Shown: positions 30,861 to 41,385, numbered from the stretch's first letter. The stretch is 64,000 bases of DNA from an uncultured Planctomycetia bacterium (GCA_964406665.1 CAYOSQ010000003.1:102641-166640); one strand, 5' to 3'. Numbers and translations: made by a program. Notes: generated by a model from the letters alone, not told the origin.

Positions 30861-32543
30861 ATGCAGAAGCTCTGGAAAATCGCAACCGCAAATCCCCTAC
30901 TGCAATCCAGATTAGCAAAAGCTTCAAATATCCACCCAATAATTTCTCAGGTTCTCTCCAACCGTGGGGTAAATACCATTAATGAAGCTGAAAATTTCTT
31001 AAAGGCGGATTTGTCTGCGCTGCACGATCCTTTTGACCTTGAGGATATGCATAAGGCAGTAGAAAGAATAAAGAAGGCCGCAGAAAAAAAAGAGAAGGTC
31101 ATAATAGTTTCAGATTATGATGTTGACGGCGTGACTTCCTGTGCTGTTCTGATATTGGCTCTGCGTAAACTTAATATAAAGCCATATCATCATATTCCTC
31201 ATCGAGTAAATGAGGGTTATGGGATAAGTGAAAAAGCAATAAATTATGCTAAAGAAAAAAAGGTATCTTTACTTATTAGCTTAGATTGTGGCATAGCTAA
31301 TTTTGAGGAATTAAAGCAATTAAAGAAACTTAACATAGATACAATTGTAGTTGATCATCATCGTCCCATAGAAGATAAGCTTCCCAGTGCATTCGCAATA
31401 ATTAATCCAAAAAAAAGTAGCTGCGGATATCCCTTTGAAGATTTGGCAAGTGTTGGGCTGGTGTATAAGCTTATCGAGGCATTATTTGAGAGAGGGCTTA
31501 AAGATCATCTCGATTTAGTTGCCTTAGGTACAGTTGCCGATGTAATGAGCTTGCAAGGTGAGAACAGGATTTTAGTTAAAGAAGGTTTAAAAGAAATTAA
31601 TACAACTAACCGCATTGGATTAAAGGCGTTAATCGATGTTTGTAAATTAAAAGGTAAAACAATTGTTCCTGGATTTATAGGATATATTTTAGGGCCACGC
31701 ATAAATGCAAGCGGAAGGATTGATTCAGCTGAAAAGGCATTAAAACTTCTTCTTAGCGAAGATGCTCAGGAAGCAGAAGAATTAGCTTCTCAGCTAAATA
31801 CATATAACCGTCAGCGTCAGAAAATCGAAAGTGATATATTAAAAGAGGCATTGAATTTAGTTGAAAGAGAAGTTAATTTCAAAGAACACTCTGTAATAGT
31901 CTTAAGTAGAAAAGGTTGGCATCATGGAGTTCTAGGAATAATAGCTTCCAAAATTTCAGATAAATTTTACCGCCCTACAATCATAATTTCTGTTGATGAG
32001 AAAGAAGGAAAGGGCTCTGCGCGCTCTATAGAAAAGTTTCATATATTTGATGCAATTTCTAAATGTGCTGATACTTTGCTTGGTTTCGGAGGGCATAAGT
32101 ACGCTGCCGGTATTACAGTGGAAGCGGATAAGATAGATATTTTTAGAGATGCTATTAATGAGGTTGCTAGAAATACACTATCTAAAGATGATCTATTTCC
32201 TGTTTTAAAAGTTGATGCTCAGGTTCCTTTAAGCATGCTTAATTTAAAAATTGCCTATTCAATAGAAGAGCTGGCTCCGTTTGGCATAGGTAATCCTAAA
32301 CCAGTATTTTGTTCTCGGAATATAAAAGTAAAATCTCAGCCTGTAATTCTTGGACGGGATACTATTAAGTTTTGGGTTACAGATGGAAAGTTGACTGCTC
32401 AGGTAATCGGATTTGGAATGGCAGATGTTTTAAATATAGTTGCAAATGCAAAACATGTAGATATAGCTTATTCAGTATCGGTAGATACTTGGCAAAGCGA
32501 TCCTCAGATTCAGTTGGAATTAAAAGATGTTAAGGCAAGCTAG
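30861..32543 (+). CDS. recJ: ssDNA exonuclease RecJ
   Basis: DYDVDG, DCG, DHH, PRINASGR, GGH, PFG.GN. Confidence 0.95.
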   Translation: MQKLWKIATANPLLQSRLAKASNIHPIISQVLSNRGVNTINEAENFLKADLSALHDPFDLEDMHKAVERIKKAAEKKEKVIIVSDYDVDGVTSCAVLILALRKLNIKPYHHIPHRVNEGYGISEKAINYAKEKKVSLLISLDCGIANFEELKQLKKLNIDTIVVDHHRPIEDKLPSAFAIINPKKSSCGYPFEDLASVGLVYKLIEALFERGLKDHLDLVALGTVADVMSLQGENRILVKEGLKEINTTNRIGLKALIDVCKLKGKTIVPGFIGYILGPRINASGRIDSAEKALKLLLSEDAQEAEELASQLNTYNRQRQKIESDILKEALNLVEREVNFKEHSVIVLSRKGWHHGVLGIIASKISDKFYRPTIIISVDEKEGKGSARSIEKFHIFDAISKCADTLLGFGGHKYAAGITVEADKIDIFRDAINEVARNTLSKDDLFPVLKVDAQVPLSMLNLKIAYSIEELAPFGIGNPKPVFCSRNIKVKSQPVILGRDTIKFWVTDGKLTAQVIGFGMADVLNIVANAKHVDIAYSVSVDTWQSDPQIQLELKDVKAS

Positions 32544-32767
32544 GCCTTTTTTATCTTACCGGCTTTAATACATTTGGTGCAGACTTTTATACTACGAACG
32601 GTTTTACCAATAATAACTCTGATCTTTTGAAGGTTAGGAAGGAAAACGCGTTTGTTAACGCGGGTAGTTTTACTTCCGGTACCGCCTTTTTTCTTAAGCA
32701 TACCTTTTCTTCTGATGCGTCTGCCGGCCATTGGTCCGACACCGCAGATTTCACATACTCTTGACAT
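32540..32767 (-). CDS. rpmB: 50S ribosomal protein L28
   Basis: MSRVCEICG...FLPNLQK...CTKCIK. Confidence 0.93.
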   Translation of the reverse strand: MSRVCEICGVGPMAGRRIRRKGMLKKKGGTGSKTTRVNKRVFLPNLQKIRVIIGKTVRSIKVCTKCIKAGKIKKA

Positions 32768-32814
32768 TATTTACCTCATTTTTTCGTAAGTTGTTTTTCA
32801 AATAGAATAAAAGC

Positions 32815-32842
32815 ATTTTACTCGAAAATTTAGTTTTGTCAA
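32815..32842 (-). promoter_or_regulatory. Sigma70-type promoter for rpmB
   Basis: Minus strand TTGACA-16-TAAAAT. Confidence 0.6.
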
Positions 32843-32952
32843 GATTTTTATGGACTGTTTATCTAAAGTATTGTATGCTATGGAGTAAGAGTAATAGCCT
32901 GAAAATATAACAAAAATAGATTAGTTTAGTTTCAAAAATTCATGGAGGAGAA

Positions 32953-33333
32953 ATGGCAGAGAAAATTTTAGTCGTTGATGATGATACTAATTCAATCCAG
33001 GTAGCAGAGTCTACTTTAAAAGGTGCGGGTTATGAGGTAGTAACTATGCAGGATCCCAAGTTTGTATTTAAGGCAATAAAAATGGAAAATCCTGACCTTA
33101 TCATTTCAGATATTATCATGCCTCATAGAGATGGTTATGCACTTTGTAAAGAGGTTAAGGAATTATATGGAGATAGGATACCTGTTTTGCTTTGTACTTC
33201 AAAATCTTACGAAGAAGATTTAATCGAAACGGCCTACAAAGAATTTGGAGCAGAAGATTATATAATAAAACCTTTTAATACTGACGAGTTGCTTGAGAAG
33301 GTAGAGGCGCTTCTTAAGGAAAAAAAGGATTAA
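32953..33333 (+). CDS. Single-domain response regulator
   Basis: VVDDD, DIIMP..DG, DYIIKPF. Confidence 0.92.
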   Translation: MAEKILVVDDDTNSIQVAESTLKGAGYEVVTMQDPKFVFKAIKMENPDLIISDIIMPHRDGYALCKEVKELYGDRIPVLLCTSKSYEEDLIETAYKEFGAEDYIIKPFNTDELLEKVEALLKEKKD

Positions 33334-33369
33334 TTTTTTAGCCTGAAACAAACCCAAGGGAGGGAATGC

Positions 33370-33735
33370 ATGCTGATATTAGCTAAATTAATCGGAATAA
33401 TGATAATAAGTTTAGGAATAGCTGCATCCTTAAAGCCGGAATTACTAAAACAGTTTATTGCCTTCTGGACAAAAGAAAAGAGACTTTATTTAGCAGGAAT
33501 TTTAAGGATTGCTTTCGGTTTTATTATTCTAATGGCTGCTCCTGAAGCCAAACTATTTTGGGTAGTTGTGTTATTTGGTTTGATATGTCTGGCGAAAGGA
33601 GTATTGATTTTTGTCTTTAAGCCTGCAAAGATTAAGTCTTTGCTTAAATGGTGGTCAGATAAACCAGCTGAAACTATTCGCTTTCTTTCCTTTGCAGCTA
33701 TTGCGATAGGGATTTTATTTCTGCTTTCTCTCTGA
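33370..33735 (+). CDS. Small 4-TM membrane protein
   Basis: Hydrophobic; similar pattern (G...KG) to 50546-50935. Confidence 0.7.
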   Translation: MLILAKLIGIMIISLGIAASLKPELLKQFIAFWTKEKRLYLAGILRIAFGFIILMAAPEAKLFWVVVLFGLICLAKGVLIFVFKPAKIKSLLKWWSDKPAETIRFLSFAAIAIGILFLLSL

Positions 33736-33771
33736 TTGTTAAGAGAGCAGTAGAAGCAAATTAAATAATTT

Positions 33772-34563
33772 ATGAAAAAAGATAGAAAGACCTATCTTGA
33801 CATTGCAATTTTAGCTGCTAAAAGGGCAGGTAAGGTACATAGAAAGTATTTCGAAAAGAAATTCAGAATAACCACCAAGGGTAAACCGTTTGATCTTCTT
33901 ACCACAGCTGATATTCAAGCTGAGAAAATAATAATTGATACAATAAAGCGCAGTTTTCCTGAGCATAACTTTCTCGCCGAAGAAAATCATTACAAAAAAA
34001 CATCATCCGAATATACATGGATTATAGATCCACTGGATGGAACTAATAATTTTTCTTCCGGTATGCCAATTTTTTGTTCATCGGTTGCACTGTCTAAAGG
34101 TAAAGAGGTAATTTTAGGTGCCATTTATGATGTTAGCAAAGATGAGCTTTTCTGTGCGGTTAAAGGAAAAGGATCTTACTTAAACGGTAAACGTATAAGA
34201 GTAGCGCGTTCTAAGAACTTGAAAGAGTCGCTGTTGATTACCGGTTTTTATTATGACCGGGGAAAAGACATGCGCGAGACATTAAACAAAATAGAAATAT
34301 TCTTTAAAAAACCCATAAGAGGATTAAGAAGGTTGGGCGCTGCAGCGCTCGATCTTTGTTATATTGCCTGTGGGCGCGCAGCTGGTTTCTGGGAGTTTAA
34401 ATTAAGCCCCTGGGATTTCGCAGCCGGGAATCTATTAGTTAAAGAAGCAGGCGGGGAGGTAACTGATCGTTTTGGAAAAAAAGTTCCACTGGAATCTTCT
34501 TTTGTAGTGGCTTCAAATGGAAAAATTCATTCTGCCATGCTTTCTGTGCTTAGAAAGCATTGA
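33772..34563 (+). CDS. suhB: Inositol monophosphatase family
   Basis: WIIDPLDGTNNF, RRLGAAALDL, PWDFAAG. Confidence 0.9.
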   Translation: MKKDRKTYLDIAILAAKRAGKVHRKYFEKKFRITTKGKPFDLLTTADIQAEKIIIDTIKRSFPEHNFLAEENHYKKTSSEYTWIIDPLDGTNNFSSGMPIFCSSVALSKGKEVILGAIYDVSKDELFCAVKGKGSYLNGKRIRVARSKNLKESLLITGFYYDRGKDMRETLNKIEIFFKKPIRGLRRLGAAALDLCYIACGRAAGFWEFKLSPWDFAAGNLLVKEAGGEVTDRFGKKVPLESSFVVASNGKIHSAMLSVLRKH

Positions 34564-34580
34564 GAGGTTTTGGAGGAGAT

Positions 34581-35003
34581 ATGAAAAAACTCATAATATT
34601 AATTTGCCTTTTAATTTTCATAATTTGTACACAAGTATTCGCTCAAAGCTATATACATGTAAAACCAAGCCCTGATGTTGATAGGTTACTAGAAATGACT
34701 CGGGAGATATCATTTTTGTTGTCTGATTGTTTAATGGGGGGCATGAATCATGACGATGATTATGTTTTTTCCGGAAAACAAAAAAAGTTAAAGGACAAAC
34801 AGCGGGAATGCGCCTGTGCCAATAAAGAAGAAGTAAAGAAAATACTTAAAGGACTCAACATAATACTTGCCCGTCATCCTAAATGGAAGGGGAAAGTTTT
34901 ATTTGTTGCAGGAGAAGATGTGGGCCCAAAAAACACTCCTATACAGGTATCAGTAAGAAATCTTCAGGATAATAAGAGATTGATAGGTAATTGTCCTAAA
35001 TAG
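34581..35003 (+). CDS. Hypothetical secreted protein
   Basis: GGAGGAG SD before ATG 34581, signal peptide ending VFA. Confidence 0.65.
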   Translation: MKKLIILICLLIFIICTQVFAQSYIHVKPSPDVDRLLEMTREISFLLSDCLMGGMNHDDDYVFSGKQKKLKDKQRECACANKEEVKKILKGLNIILARHPKWKGKVLFVAGEDVGPKNTPIQVSVRNLQDNKRLIGNCPK

Positions 35004-35011
35004 AGAAAAAT

Positions 35012-35353
35012 ATGGAAGATAAAATTATCATGGTAATATTATGGCTTGGAGGTTCTTTAATTATGTTGTTTCTTTCTATCCCGCTTATTATGAGAATGGT
35101 TCCACCAAATCTTCTCTACGGATTTAGGACAAAAAAGACATTATCAAATAAGGACATATGGTATCAGGCAAATAAATTCTCCGGTAAAGGCTTGCTGGTA
35201 ATAAGTTTATTTGGTTTAGTTGGTTCTTTGGTTTTATTTTTAGTCAGAGATAATTTATCTTTGGATTTAATGAGCTGGATTGCAGCAGTAGGTATTCTCT
35301 TGCCGCTTTGGATTGTTTTTATTTTAAGCTCCAGATATGTTAAGAAAATCTGA
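35012..35353 (+). CDS. SdpI/YhfL family membrane protein
   Basis: PPN..YGFRTKKTLSN.DIW..AN..SG. Confidence 0.82.
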   Translation: MEDKIIMVILWLGGSLIMLFLSIPLIMRMVPPNLLYGFRTKKTLSNKDIWYQANKFSGKGLLVISLFGLVGSLVLFLVRDNLSLDLMSWIAAVGILLPLWIVFILSSRYVKKI

Positions 35354-35422
35354 ATTACTACGTTTGGGCTAACCGACCAAAATAAAAACTTTTGTTTTAA
35401 TTTAAGGAGGTTAAGAAGTTCG

Positions 35423-35776
35423 ATGGATAAAAGAAAATCAGTTAGATGTAATAAAGAATTTAGCGTCTCCTATAAAGTTCACCAGGGTGGTGATTTTACA
35501 GAAACAGTTTGCCTGGTAAAGGACTGTAGCTTAGAAGGCATGAAGCTTTCAACTACTCAGTGGTTAAACCCTAAAGCAGTTTTAGAGTTTATTATTACAA
35601 AACCATTAGGAAAAGATCAAATTACAGTACTTGGTAAAGTCATAGATTGTGAAAGGGATAAAGAAAAAGGTCTGTATTCATCCAGAGTTTCTTTTATTCA
35701 ACTGGATGAAAAAACAAAAGACAAGCTGGCTGATACATTAGAGGAAATCCGCTGGTATAAAAAGAAGAATTTTTAG
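35423..35776 (+). CDS. PilZ domain protein
   Basis: KRKSVR (RxxxR) and DCSLEG (DxSxxG). Confidence 0.82.
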   Translation: MDKRKSVRCNKEFSVSYKVHQGGDFTETVCLVKDCSLEGMKLSTTQWLNPKAVLEFIITKPLGKDQITVLGKVIDCERDKEKGLYSSRVSFIQLDEKTKDKLADTLEEIRWYKKKNF

Positions 35777-35793
35777 TTAAAAGGAGGTACACT

Positions 35794-36198
35794 GTGAAAA
35801 AAAATGTAGTTCAGAAGTTCATGAGGACAATTGTAGCAGCATCGTTTCTTGTAGTTGCCGGTTCTATTTTTTATTTTTATGTTATTTTTCTACCTCGTTT
35901 AAACAGAGAGACTTTGAAGATGCAGCATGAGCTTGCAGAAACTCGCCTAGTGCAGGATAAGGCGTTTTTCTTAGAAATGTTTGAGCATAAAAGAAAAATA
36001 TTAAATACTTGTTTAGATGATGCCTACGCAGATTATAAATTAGAGTTGCAAAATAGTTGTTATAATTTAGGTGAGTCAAAAGAATGTGTTTTACCAAATG
36101 ATATCTTAAGTAGCTCTAATGTAAAATATCAGAGTGCAAAAGATAGATGTTATGAGAGATTTCCTTTAGATTTACCAGAAGAGAAACTTCCTGAATAA
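35794..36198 (+). CDS. Hypothetical membrane-anchored protein
   Basis: AGGAGG SD, single TM, 4 Cys in C-terminal part. Confidence 0.65.
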   Translation: MKKNVVQKFMRTIVAASFLVVAGSIFYFYVIFLPRLNRETLKMQHELAETRLVQDKAFFLEMFEHKRKILNTCLDDAYADYKLELQNSCYNLGESKECVLPNDILSSSNVKYQSAKDRCYERFPLDLPEEKLPE

Positions 36199-36233
36199 GT
36201 AAGAATTGATATTTGTTATTGAATAATAAAGTT

Positions 36234-36866
36234 ATGATAAAAAGTATATTCTTGATAGCTTTGGCCTGTTTAGTTATTCTTGCTCTGGTTTATATGCCCC
36301 CACTTTTTAAATCTATTTATAAGCTGACAACCAGAGAAGAACCGAAAATCTCAGCTGATATAAAGCGGCAAGCATTAGATATCGCAAAAGAAACAGATGT
36401 AGTTAAGTCTTTTTTGGTGCATTATGGTTCTTGTGATGATTGTAATCCCAAATTTTTTAAAGGTAGAGATAACCTTATCGGTTGTGTAGAATATAACTTT
36501 ATTGATCCAAAGAAATATATTTTTACACAAGAGTTTGATAATCCTGTGGTAATTAAGTTTAGAGTAAGTGAAGCATGCAGATTTCGCTATCCAGGAATTC
36601 CAAGTTTGGAAAGCTCTTTTAAGTTTTATAACGGTATAATTGTTGCAGTTGATGTCCAAAAGCGAGAGCTTCTCGCTCAACATCCCAAAAATACACGCTT
36701 AATAGAAGATCAGAATTATTGTGTTGATGGTTGTGCATGTTTAGCGGGTAGCGGGATGCCGTTTGTAGGCTGTGCAAATTATGTTCATGCTCCGTTTGTA
36801 TCTGCCGGTGGTAGCTATATGTGTGATAGTTGTGAATGCGTAGATAACGTTTGTACAAAGAAATAA
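36234..36866 (+). CDS. Hypothetical membrane-anchored Cys-rich protein
   Basis: TM then Cys-rich C-terminus (CDSCECVDNVC); start uncertain. Confidence 0.6.
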   Translation: MIKSIFLIALACLVILALVYMPPLFKSIYKLTTREEPKISADIKRQALDIAKETDVVKSFLVHYGSCDDCNPKFFKGRDNLIGCVEYNFIDPKKYIFTQEFDNPVVIKFRVSEACRFRYPGIPSLESSFKFYNGIIVAVDVQKRELLAQHPKNTRLIEDQNYCVDGCACLAGSGMPFVGCANYVHAPFVSAGGSYMCDSCECVDNVCTKK

Positions 36867-36874
36867 TTCATTAT

Positions 36875-37066
36875 ATGGGAAAAAAAATTAAAGAAATAGT
36901 TTGGCATAAGAAAAAAAGCAAAATGCTTTCTTCGAAGTATTTGAAGGAAACAAAAAGCAATTTGCCAACTTCTAATAAAAGTAGACATCCTACATTAGAA
37001 AATAATAGCAGAGCTAAAGATTACGCATGTAAATTTACTGAAGCAATAAAAAAAGCTACAAAATAA
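36875..37066 (+). CDS. Possible small basic protein
   Basis: Fills intergenic gap; no motif or SD. Confidence 0.3.
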   Translation: MGKKIKEIVWHKKKSKMLSSKYLKETKSNLPTSNKSRHPTLENNSRAKDYACKFTEAIKKATK

Positions 37067-37085
37067 TTTTGGAAAGGAAGATAAG

Positions 37086-39347
37086 ATGTTTCGAAGAAAA
37101 AAGACAACTTTTTTATGTTTAAAGTTCTTTTCTTGTTTAATAGTTTTTGTATTTTTATGTGGCTGTGGTTGCGGCAAAGAAAAGGAAGTTGAAAAACCCT
37201 CAGCAGTTGATTTGGTAAAAGCGGATTTCCAAAAGGGTAAGCTGGATTATGAAACATCTCTGCTGTATCAGATTTACGCAGTTTATGAGGATTCTAAGCT
37301 TCCCAAAAAATACCGCTCTAAGGAGCCAACGCGTGCAGGCGATAGAATATTTAATGAATTGATGCGCAACTGGAAAGATTTTTCTCCAGAGAATAAGAAA
37401 AGGTTTGAGCCGTTTATGGTGAATCCGTTAGATGAGAAAAGTTATTATCGTCAGTCAGCCAAAAATGAATCATCTTTTGTAAAAGAAGCTTATGCTGCTG
37501 GGCCTTCTCTTGCCGGATTGAATTCTCTTACCACAAATAACAATAAAGTAAAGATCTGGTATCGTGCGGGAGAAGAACAGCAGGCAGCTTGGGTTTTGGA
37601 GGCGTTTGATGACGATAACATATACGAAAGGGAAATTGCCTTAATGGGCAAAACTCCGATTTCTGATAACGGAGGTTTTGGAGATGATGCAAAGCTGGAT
37701 ATATTTTTTAAAAGCATGAGCGATATGGGTGTCTGTCACGGAGCAGCGACCTCGACCCAAAAAACATCTGCGTATATAGAGCTAAATAAGACGATGTCCA
37801 AAAAGGAGATGAAGTCTACCGCAGCCCATGAGCTTTTTCATGCAATCCAATATGCATTTGATTGTTTTGAGAAAACCTGGTGGCAGGAGCAAACTGCTAC
37901 CTGGTGTGAGGATTATATCTATCCAACTTATGACACTGAACAGGTTTATTTGAGATTATATTTTAGAAATTATAAGATGAGGGAAAGTTTAACTAAACAA
38001 GATGATTATCACGAATATGGTTCTTATGTCTGGGCGTTGTATCTTTCCCAAAAACACGGAGATTCAATGATTAAAAAGGTTTGGGATGCCTGTGAACCAC
38101 AAGCGGTGGGTGCAATAAAAGCACTAAAAACCACGGTACCTGGTGGCTTAGAGGAAGCATTTAAAGAATTTTCATCCTGGGTCTACAATAAAGAACCGGT
38201 TAAGAAATTCAAAGATAAATCAGGAAGCTATTTGCAGATAGAGCCTTCAAGAAAAAATGTCAGGGTACGCTTGGAGCCAGGCCTGCATGTGTTAACGGAT
38301 ATTGAACATCTGGCTTTAACAATTGAAAGATATTGGATAAAGCCGCAGGATAAAACCCGTATGCGCTCTGTTGAGTTTGACCTAAATACTATCCGCAACA
38401 ATTATCCTGATTTAGCTGTTTGGGCTATTGTTAAAATTGTTAATGAGGATGCTGAGCTTGAAGATTGGACACCAGTAAGTTTTAAGAATTTCTGCTTTGA
38501 TTTACCCGAAGAAGATCTAGAAGAGATTGTTTTTATTTTCAGCAACACTCATTCCGTTAACAAAAAGACTTCAGTTAATGATATCATTTATGAGCCCAGA
38601 GAATATGGTTGTAAGGCAAAGATTGATTTAACCTGGACTATTCTTAGTTCCTGGGCTGGAGATTGGAGTCATGAGTATAAAGATAGCGATGTTATGCCAG
38701 CATCTATGACTGGTAAAATCAATTTTTCAGAAAGTGGGCAGGTAAATGCTAACTTTTTAGAGATGATTATTGATCCGGATGATCCGGATGATCCCGAAAG
38801 CGGAAAACAGCTTGTTCCGTCTGGTTCATTTTCTTTGCAGCAGAAAACTGTCAGTCAGGGTACTTGGGCACCTACGCTGGACCATGCAATAGGGGGATCA
38901 AATACAATTTTTTGTAATGCTTCTGATTCCTGGGATAAAAATAATGAAAGTAAAAATAAATATGCAAAGTTATATCTTAAAATTACCGGGCCAGAGAAAC
39001 AATCTGAAAATGTTTCAGAGGAGGATTTAAATATGCTTCCCTCCAGTATGCAGCAGCAGATGAGGCAGCTTATGGATTTAGCAAATAATATGGAGAGTCA
39101 GCTGGAATCTTATGGTATGATAAACGAGCCAAAAGAAGGCGAATTAAAATATGATCTCAGGATTTATTTTGATTGGCTACCGGCAACGGAATCTTTAAGC
39201 CCAGAGCCCAGTAAAATTAAACCAGAGCCTATTGAGCTAGAAGGTATTTTTGACGAAGAAGAAAGAAATATAGCGCTTGATAAAACTATTAATATAAACG
39301 GAGGCACTGCGCGCCTGCAGGGAATATTAAGGCTCAGCGGGCAGTAG
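37086..39347 (+). CDS. Secreted/lipoprotein zinc metallopeptidase (MXAN_6640/DUF6055-like gluzincin)
   Basis: Lipobox-like LCGC, AHELFHAIQ, WW.E.TATW.E. Confidence 0.8.
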   Translation: MFRRKKTTFLCLKFFSCLIVFVFLCGCGCGKEKEVEKPSAVDLVKADFQKGKLDYETSLLYQIYAVYEDSKLPKKYRSKEPTRAGDRIFNELMRNWKDFSPENKKRFEPFMVNPLDEKSYYRQSAKNESSFVKEAYAAGPSLAGLNSLTTNNNKVKIWYRAGEEQQAAWVLEAFDDDNIYEREIALMGKTPISDNGGFGDDAKLDIFFKSMSDMGVCHGAATSTQKTSAYIELNKTMSKKEMKSTAAHELFHAIQYAFDCFEKTWWQEQTATWCEDYIYPTYDTEQVYLRLYFRNYKMRESLTKQDDYHEYGSYVWALYLSQKHGDSMIKKVWDACEPQAVGAIKALKTTVPGGLEEAFKEFSSWVYNKEPVKKFKDKSGSYLQIEPSRKNVRVRLEPGLHVLTDIEHLALTIERYWIKPQDKTRMRSVEFDLNTIRNNYPDLAVWAIVKIVNEDAELEDWTPVSFKNFCFDLPEEDLEEIVFIFSNTHSVNKKTSVNDIIYEPREYGCKAKIDLTWTILSSWAGDWSHEYKDSDVMPASMTGKINFSESGQVNANFLEMIIDPDDPDDPESGKQLVPSGSFSLQQKTVSQGTWAPTLDHAIGGSNTIFCNASDSWDKNNESKNKYAKLYLKITGPEKQSENVSEEDLNMLPSSMQQQMRQLMDLANNMESQLESYGMINEPKEGELKYDLRIYFDWLPATESLSPEPSKIKPEPIELEGIFDEEERNIALDKTININGGTARLQGILRLSGQ

Positions 39348-39374
39348 AGCATTTTCTTAAAAAGGAGTAGTTGA

Positions 39375-41204
39375 TTGAAATTCAAAAGAGAGCTTAATTT
39401 AATAGATGTTTTCTGTATTGCAACCGGAGCAATGATAAGCTCAGGTTTATTTATATTGCCTGGGCTTGCGCATGCTCAGGCAGGTCCGGCTGTTGTTTTT
39501 TCTTACTTTTTTGCCGGGTTATTGGCTTTAACCGGGATGCTTTCTCAGGCTGAATTAGTTTCTGCAATGCCTAAAACAGGAGGTGACTATTTTTATGTTA
39601 CCCGTAGTATGGGTCCGGCAGCAGGTACAATAGATGGTTTGATTATCTGGTTTTCTTTGTCTTTAAAAACCGCATTTGCATTAGTTGGTATGGCTGCCTT
39701 TACAAAGATATTGGTAGTCATGGATATCCACGCTATAGCAGTGATTCTTTGTTTTATTTTTGTTCTAGTTAATATTATTGGAGTAAAAGAAGTTGCCAAA
39801 TTACAGCGTTTGCTGGTTTTTGGTCTTTTGTGCATTTTAACTTTTTATGTAGTGATGGGACTTGGCTCTGTTAAAGTTAGCAACTTCGATCCATTCTTTA
39901 CAAAAGGAATTCCTGCGGTATTTGCTACGGCCGGATTTGTTTTTGTTTCTTTTGGTGGATTGTTAAAAGTTACCAGCGTTGCCGAAGAGGTAAAAAATCC
40001 TGATAAAATAATTCCTTTAGGTATGATTTTATCACTTTTTGTGGTAACTATTTTTTACTCGCTTGTTGTATTTGTAACTTCCGGAGTTTTAGGGGCAGGG
40101 CAACTAGATTATTCAATGACTCCTATTTCTGATGCGGCAGGTGTATTTTTAGGTGATAAAGGAGTTTTGCTATTAAGCATAGCTGCTATACTGGCTTTTG
40201 TATCAACTGCTAATGCCGGTATCTTGGCCGCTGCCAGATATCCTGCTGCGTTAGCCCACGATGGATTATTGCCAGATTTCTTTGGTGTTGTTCATAAAAG
40301 ATACAAGACTCCCTATATTGCAATTATTATTACCGGAGCCTGTATAGGTCTTGCTTTATTCTTCGATTTAACGATTTTGGTTAAAATGGCATCAACCGTT
40401 TTAATCTGTACATTTATGTTTTCCTGTCTGGCAATCATCATCATGCATGAGAGTAAAGTCCAGAATTACCAGCCAAAGTTTCGGTCTCCGTTTTATCCCT
40501 GGGTGCAGATCTTAGGAATCATTGGCTGTGGTTTGCTTATTTTCGAGATGGGAAAGCAGTCGATAATAGCATTCTTTGTTTTTATTATCACCGGGCTTTT
40601 TATTCACTGGTTCTATGGAAGGATTAAAGTAACAAAAGAATATGCCCTTTTGCACCTTATTGAAAGGATAACAGCCAAGGAATTGACCACTCATTCATTG
40701 GAAACTGAGCTAAAAGAAATTATCCGTGAGAGAGACGATATTATTAAGGATAGGTTTGATTCGATAATTGAAAAGAGTTTGGTTTTAGATATTGATCAAC
40801 CTATGGAACGGGATGATTTCTTTAAACTGATATCTAAAACCTTATCTAGAAGGTTAAAAATTCCACAGAATATTCTTTATGAGCTTGTTGTTGCAAGAGA
40901 GGATGAGACTAGCACGGTTATTGCCCCGGGTATTGCCATACCCCATATTGTTATTGAGGGTGAGAAGTTGTTTGATATTCTCTTAGTTAGATGCAAGAAG
41001 GGAATCAAATTCTCAGAATCTACAAAGAGAATCCAGGCAGTTTTTGTTCTTGTGGGATCAAGGGATGAGAGGAATTTTCATTTGCGCGCTTTAGCAGCGA
41101 TTGCTCAGATATTGCAGAGCTTGAATTTTATGAAAAAATGGTTATCGGCAAAAAATGAGAAGGTTTTGAAGGATATAATACTATTAGCAAAGAGGGTGCG
41201 TTAA
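39375..41204 (+). CDS. APC amino-acid permease fused to PTS EIIA domain
   Basis: GAMISSGLF, AEEVKNP, ~12 TM; C-terminal RE...STVIAPGIAIPH. Confidence 0.9.
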   Translation: MKFKRELNLIDVFCIATGAMISSGLFILPGLAHAQAGPAVVFSYFFAGLLALTGMLSQAELVSAMPKTGGDYFYVTRSMGPAAGTIDGLIIWFSLSLKTAFALVGMAAFTKILVVMDIHAIAVILCFIFVLVNIIGVKEVAKLQRLLVFGLLCILTFYVVMGLGSVKVSNFDPFFTKGIPAVFATAGFVFVSFGGLLKVTSVAEEVKNPDKIIPLGMILSLFVVTIFYSLVVFVTSGVLGAGQLDYSMTPISDAAGVFLGDKGVLLLSIAAILAFVSTANAGILAAARYPAALAHDGLLPDFFGVVHKRYKTPYIAIIITGACIGLALFFDLTILVKMASTVLICTFMFSCLAIIIMHESKVQNYQPKFRSPFYPWVQILGIIGCGLLIFEMGKQSIIAFFVFIITGLFIHWFYGRIKVTKEYALLHLIERITAKELTTHSLETELKEIIRERDDIIKDRFDSIIEKSLVLDIDQPMERDDFFKLISKTLSRRLKIPQNILYELVVAREDETSTVIAPGIAIPHIVIEGEKLFDILLVRCKKGIKFSESTKRIQAVFVLVGSRDERNFHLRALAAIAQILQSLNFMKKWLSAKNEKVLKDIILLAKRVR

Positions 41205-41218
41205 ACAGGGAGGGAAGA

Positions 41219-41362
41219 ATGAGCTTGAAGATGTTTGGTCAGATAGTTTTGTTAATTATCATCCTTGCGTTTGTAACAACGGCGGTAAAATGTTTACACA
41301 AAAATACTTGTCCTCAATGTAAAGCTATGTGGAAGGCCTGTTCTATGAAAGGCATGAAATAA
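41219..41362 (+). CDS. 47-aa single-TM Cys-containing protein, missing from ORF track
   Basis: GGGAGG SD; MSLKMFGQIVLLIIILAFVTTAVKCLHKNTCPQCKAMWKACSMKGMK*; followed by terminator. Confidence 0.7.
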   Translation: MSLKMFGQIVLLIIILAFVTTAVKCLHKNTCPQCKAMWKACSMKGMK

Positions 41363-41385
41363 AAGTAGTAAGAAAAATTTGTATG

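Noticed and set aside
33370-39347. Integron cassette array
   Set aside because: No attC-like RYYYAAC...GTTRRRY palindromes in the short intergenic gaps and no integrase
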